From IMG/VR virus record IMGVR_UViG_3300014913_000013, positions 1 through 61,847 of that record: 61,847 nt of DNA; one strand, 5' to 3'. The number at the start of each line of letters is the position of its first letter. Position 1 is the stretch's first letter. The notes beneath the pieces are model-generated. The model saw only the letters and a program-made list of their open reading frames with translations, was not told where the DNA came from and searched no databases. This document shows, piece after piece, positions 57,932 to 61,847 of the stretch. The position numbers were made by a program, and so were the translations under genes. Origin of the DNA: a virus. Its lineage: Duplodnaviria; Caudoviricetes.

Positions 57932-57961
57932 TACTGTATAAAACTTTTAAATAGGGGTAAC

Positions 57962-58534
57962 ATGAAATCAAAAAGAATCAATAATGGAATGCGTGCTGAA
58001 CTATGCTGCCATATAGAATACTTAGCATTTAATGATAAAGATACAGAACTAAAAGAAGAATTCATACAATTCGCTGATGAATGTTATAATTATAGGTACA
58101 ATGGAGAACAGCAAAAGTACATGAATTGTGTTTATTATGATAAGATGTTCGAGGTTCGTGAGACTATAGTGTGTTGGTTTTCTGGTAGTGCTGCATATAT
58201 GCATATGTCTGACAAGAGGCCATTTTGGTTTAGTGACTATGACAGTCTGCGTAAATTTGACAGTGATCATTATCTAACTAAGAAATGGCTGACATTAAAA
58301 GAAAAAGAATATAAAATAAATTCTGATAAAAGAGAATTACGTAGTGAGATAAATAAAGTATTGCATAGTGTTAATACTACAAAGCAACTATTAGAAGTAT
58401 GGCCGGAATGTGAACAATGGATAAAAGATTTAGGGTGGTTACGAGAAGAAGCTAAAGTGCCTATGGTGTATCCAACAAAATTAAATGATATGCTTTGTGA
58501 TGCTTTGTGGAAATCAAGCCCAACTTGTAAATAG
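57962..58534 (+). CDS. Nmad5-like (nucleotide modification associated) protein
   Basis: LHSVNTTKQLLEVWPE motif. Confidence 0.6.
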   Translation: MKSKRINNGMRAELCCHIEYLAFNDKDTELKEEFIQFADECYNYRYNGEQQKYMNCVYYDKMFEVRETIVCWFSGSAAYMHMSDKRPFWFSDYDSLRKFDSDHYLTKKWLTLKEKEYKINSDKRELRSEINKVLHSVNTTKQLLEVWPECEQWIKDLGWLREEAKVPMVYPTKLNDMLCDALWKSSPTCK

Positions 58535-58542
58535 GAGCGGTA

Positions 58543-59889
58543 ATGTCATTAAAATCTGTATACGAAAAACTAGAGCACATTGCTAATTTATCTTCTACAT
58601 TAGATAAGAGAGAGTATCTAAAAACAGCATTACAGGACAAACTATTCCTGAAAACTGTGCAGTACGCTTTGGACCCAACTAAGAAATACCATATAAAAAG
58701 GTTTCCTAAAGAACCTCAAATGTTTATCCTGAAGGATCATCTGAAAGGCCCTTCTAACTTATTTTCATATTTAGATACTCTCAGTAATCAAAGAGGTGCT
58801 AGTAATATTGATAAAGATTTTTTGTACCAACTTGCCAGTATTGATAAAGAAACGTATGAAGTAGTTAAACGCATCTGTAAAGGTGATTTACGTTGTGGTG
58901 TAGGGGTACGTATACTTAACCAAGTAAGACCAAATACAATACCATTTACACCTTATTTAAGATGCAGCACCCGTAGACATATTAACAACATAGTATACCC
59001 TGCTATAGTTCAAGAGAAAGCAAATGGCATGTATGCAGAAATGAGAATTGATAATGGCAAAATTACTTTTGGTACAAGGGACAGCAAAAAGATAAAAAAG
59101 TTGAAACATCTTAAGGAAGTATTTTGGAACTGCTCTGCTTCTGAACATGAAGAATTTAATAATATTGTTCTAATGGGAGAACTCAGAGTATATGATAAGC
59201 ATGGAAATGTATTAGACAGACAAACAGGCAATGGTATTATTAATCAATGTATTCAGGGAACAGTCAATAAGAAAAAAGCAAAGAGAGTATTCTTTACTAT
59301 GTGGGATGCTGTACCTCTTGAAGACTACTTGAATGAAAAATGCAGTATACCTTATTATTCACGGTTTAATACCGTAGAAATGTTCTGTAAATCATGTGCC
59401 TGTGACTATTATTTTCAACCCATACGTAATATGATAGTTCATTCTGAAAAAGATGCACAGTATTACGCAAACGATATTATAGAATTAGGTGGGGAAGGGG
59501 CTGTACTTAAAAATGTAAGGGCAACATGGAAGCACGGGACAAGTTTGGAGCAGATCAAACTAAAAGCATTGTATGAAGCAGAATTGAGAATACTTTCATG
59601 GGACTATGGAGATAAAGGCAAAAAACATGAGACAGTTATGGGGAGAATTACTGTTGGTACCGATTGCGGTGGTCTGGTTTGCTCTATTGGTGGTGGTTTT
59701 TCTGATGAACTTCGTGCTGATAATTGGGACAACAATATTGGAAGGATTTGTGAAATTGAGTACCAAGATGTTTCAGAATCAAAATCCAGAAAAGATGGAG
59801 TAAAGTCATTATATGGACCACCAGTTTTTGTATGCTTTAGGGATGATAAAGACAAACCAGATACATTAGAGGACATATTAAACAGGTGA
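58543..59889 (+). CDS. ATP-dependent DNA ligase (T4-like)
   Basis: QEKANG, VLMGEL, WDAV, EGAVLKN, IKLK, GGGFSD, FRDDK. Confidence 0.9.
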   Translation: MSLKSVYEKLEHIANLSSTLDKREYLKTALQDKLFLKTVQYALDPTKKYHIKRFPKEPQMFILKDHLKGPSNLFSYLDTLSNQRGASNIDKDFLYQLASIDKETYEVVKRICKGDLRCGVGVRILNQVRPNTIPFTPYLRCSTRRHINNIVYPAIVQEKANGMYAEMRIDNGKITFGTRDSKKIKKLKHLKEVFWNCSASEHEEFNNIVLMGELRVYDKHGNVLDRQTGNGIINQCIQGTVNKKKAKRVFFTMWDAVPLEDYLNEKCSIPYYSRFNTVEMFCKSCACDYYFQPIRNMIVHSEKDAQYYANDIIELGGEGAVLKNVRATWKHGTSLEQIKLKALYEAELRILSWDYGDKGKKHETVMGRITVGTDCGGLVCSIGGGFSDELRADNWDNNIGRICEIEYQDVSESKSRKDGVKSLYGPPVFVCFRDDKDKPDTLEDILNR

Positions 59890-59939
59890 TGGGATATGAA
59901 ACAGCAAGATATAAAAGAAATTAGGGAGAAGTCGGGTAT

Positions 59940-60517
59940 ATGAATAAAACCATACAACTTATGTACGATAGCATAGTATTTGAAACAGAGGATGCTTGTT
60001 TAATAGAATTTGAGGACCATATTGAAGAATGGATACCAACATCTATGTGTGAATTTACAACTATTGATAATGTAGAATGCGTAATAATGCCTATATGGCT
60101 TGCTGAAGATAGGGGAATAGAAATGTATGAATACGAATAATGGTTGGGTTACTATATCAGAAGTTACTGATGGACTACTGTTATTAATAGAAGATACTAA
60201 TTGGGAACCATCAGGTTTTAGTGGAAATTCTAAAATAAGGTTGATAGAAGTTAAAGCTATGTTGATAAATGCTAAGAGTAAACTAATGCAGGTAGCAATA
60301 GATGAGGGGTACTTAGATGAATAATGATTTTCAAGGGGTTTCTCTACGTGATCAGTTTGCTATGTCAGCTCTTATAGGTGTACTGTCGTCACTTACTCTA
60401 GGTAATGAATACGCAGTAGCACAAGAAATAGCAGAACAATCTTATTTAATAGCAGATGCTATGCTTAAAGAGAGGAGTAAATTAGCAAAATCTAGGTATG
60501 GCAAAAAGAAAACCTGA
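59940..60517 (+). other. three short hypothetical CDS (59940-60140, 60127-60324, 60317-60517)
   Basis: overlapping ORFs; SLRDQFAM...IADAML motif in the last. Confidence 0.7.
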
Positions 60518-60808
60518 TACAGGAGTCGTGGGTACTGTGCGATGTTCTGGGGCCTACATCTTTTCGTGGCAATTCTCATTGCAGCCACACGTAGGTATTG
60601 CCTCCTGTATACTGAAATCCAGAACTCCTACCTTGGCATTGTCTGTTCTGAGGTTATGCAACAGTATGACAGACCATGTATTGTATGAGTGAGTTATAAT
60701 AGGGTAGCTCCATACACTACATGCATGTGTGGAATGTAGGGATGTGTACTACCAATTAGGGATAGTCCCGTTATGGAATAATATTATCCCTACTACACCA
60801 CACTTTTT
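60517..60808 (+). ncRNA. candidate pseudoknotted ncRNA
   Basis: crossing stems ATACAGGAG/CTCCTGTAT and GTTCTGG/CCAGAAC plus nested helices. Confidence 0.45.
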
Positions 60809-60831
60809 AAATTTAACAAAAGAGGTATAAA

Positions 60832-60975
60832 ATGTCTATAAAGAAATGTACGTGCAAACACGATGGGCAAGATAAATTACATGGTAAGGGTATGCGTGTC
60901 CACAATAAAACAAAAATAGGTAAAGGCAGTACAGAAGTAAAGTACAGATGCACTGTATGCAAAACTGAGAGGTAG
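60832..60975 (+). CDS. small zinc-ribbon protein
   Basis: GAGGT RBS; CTCKH...RCTVC. Confidence 0.65.
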   Translation: MSIKKCTCKHDGQDKLHGKGMRVHNKTKIGKGSTEVKYRCTVCKTER

Positions 60976-60979
60976 CAAA

Positions 60980-61120
60980 ATGCCGTATAGAATATCACCT
61001 AAAAACAAAACTGTAGTACAGGTGAAAAAGAATAATAGGTGGACTAAACTCAAGAAACATCCATCTAAAGAAAAAGCAAGGAAACATCTAGCTGCCTTGA
61101 AAATAAATGTCAAGCATTAA
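60980..61120 (+). CDS. small basic protein
   Basis: GAGGT RBS; MPYRI...HLAALKINVKH. Confidence 0.65.
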   Translation: MPYRISPKNKTVVQVKKNNRWTKLKKHPSKEKARKHLAALKINVKH

Positions 61121-61847
61121 TGAAGAAATTAATACTGCAAAACTATCAATCTCACAAAGATACAGTTATAGAATTTGCCCCTACCCTTACTGCATTAACA
61201 GGTAGGAGTGACAGTGGTAAATCTGCTGTACGCCGTGCTATAAGTTCTGTAGTACATAATAAACCTGCTGGTAATGCTTTTATTCGTACAGGTACTAAAA
61301 AAGCTACTGTAACTATTGATGATGTTTCATACGAAAAAACAAAATCTTCTACTAAGTACTACATAGCTGGCAAAAAAGACCCATTCAAAGCTCTCAGGGG
61401 GGCCGTACCTGATGAAGTTGCCAGTGCCCTAAATATAGGGGATGTTAATATACAGGGGCAACATGACAGTCCATTTTTATTAGATGATAGTCCTGGTAAA
61501 GTAGCAAAAAGGTTGTCTGAATTAATAGATTTGGATAGACCTACGCAAGCACTTGCATACATCAAAGCAAAAAAGAGACACCACAAAAGTAAGTTAGATG
61601 TTGTTAATAAATCTATAGAAGAAACTGAAGTACAGCTTTCATTATTAGAGCATGTTGAACAGGCTGATAAAGAACTTTCCAAAATTGAGCGTAAACGGGC
61701 CAAATTTGAAAAATTACGTGAAACGCGTACCCAACTATACAATGCATACAAAAATGCAGCACAGGCCAAATACGAGCTTTCTAGGATACCTTCAACACAG
61801 GCATTGCAACCAGCTAAACAATTAGTACAGCATTATAATGAACTACA
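61120..61847 (+). CDS. SbcC/Rad50/gp46-like ATPase, runs off the window
   Basis: LQNYQSH, GRSDSGKS Walker A, QGQHDSPFLL, coiled coil. Confidence 0.88.
   Translation, partial: MKKLILQNYQSHKDTVIEFAPTLTALTGRSDSGKSAVRRAISSVVHNKPAGNAFIRTGTKKATVTIDDVSYEKTKSSTKYYIAGKKDPFKALRGAVPDEVASALNIGDVNIQGQHDSPFLLDDSPGKVAKRLSELIDLDRPTQALAYIKAKKRHHKSKLDVVNKSIEETEVQLSLLEHVEQADKELSKIERKRAKFEKLRETRTQLYNAYKNAAQAKYELSRIPSTQALQPAKQLVQHYNEL

Noticed and set aside
59008-59031. Ligase motif I reads KANG rather than KxDG, suggesting an inactive or RNA ligase
   Set aside because: The catalytic Lys, the other motifs and the OB domain of a DNA ligase are present; KxNG is a tolerated variant.
108-61769. Minus-strand ORFs in the ORF track
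   Set aside because: They shadow well-supported + strand genes, lack RBSs and motifs, and all promoters point along +.
1-61847. Genome-wide TAG recoding suggested by the CUA-containing tRNA-like element
   Set aside because: Genes are intact and densely packed in the standard code, and TAG ends genes normally.

Overview
A 61.8 kb AT-rich stretch of a large tailed dsDNA bacteriophage genome. Essentially all genes are on the + strand, read in the standard bacterial code, with strong Shine-Dalgarno sites. (1) 1-16.7 kb: early region of about 45 short hypothetical ORFs, divided by near-identical TTGACA-N17-TATATA promoter cassettes. (2) 16.8-51.4 kb: replication, recombination and DNA-modification genes. 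These are an SF2 helicase, HD hydrolase, primase, DnaB-like helicase, clamp and clamp loader, two radical SAM enzymes, a glycosyltransferase, a UDG-fused family A polymerase, SSB, RecA, flap nuclease and HU. (3) 51.4-55.4 kb: 12 intact tRNAs interleaved with unexplained structured RNAs. (4) 55.9 kb to end: endonuclease VII, DNA ligase and the start of an SbcC/gp46-like ATPase. Best candidate for a new system: an array of four covarying bulged-stem RNA units (31936-32465) carrying variable cargo, one cargo being a complete tRNA-like RNA, with an interrupted tRNA-Pro between units. The array has its own promoter and sits directly upstream of a TROVE-like/TerD protein, suggesting a Ro60/Y-RNA-like ribonucleoprotein. 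Other highlights: a circularly permuted, anticodon-less tRNA-like RNA (54249-54510), and a DNA polymerase needing group I intron splicing, cis intein splicing and trans-splicing of a naturally split intein. All calls are from reading the sequence by eye; no searches or folding programs were run.
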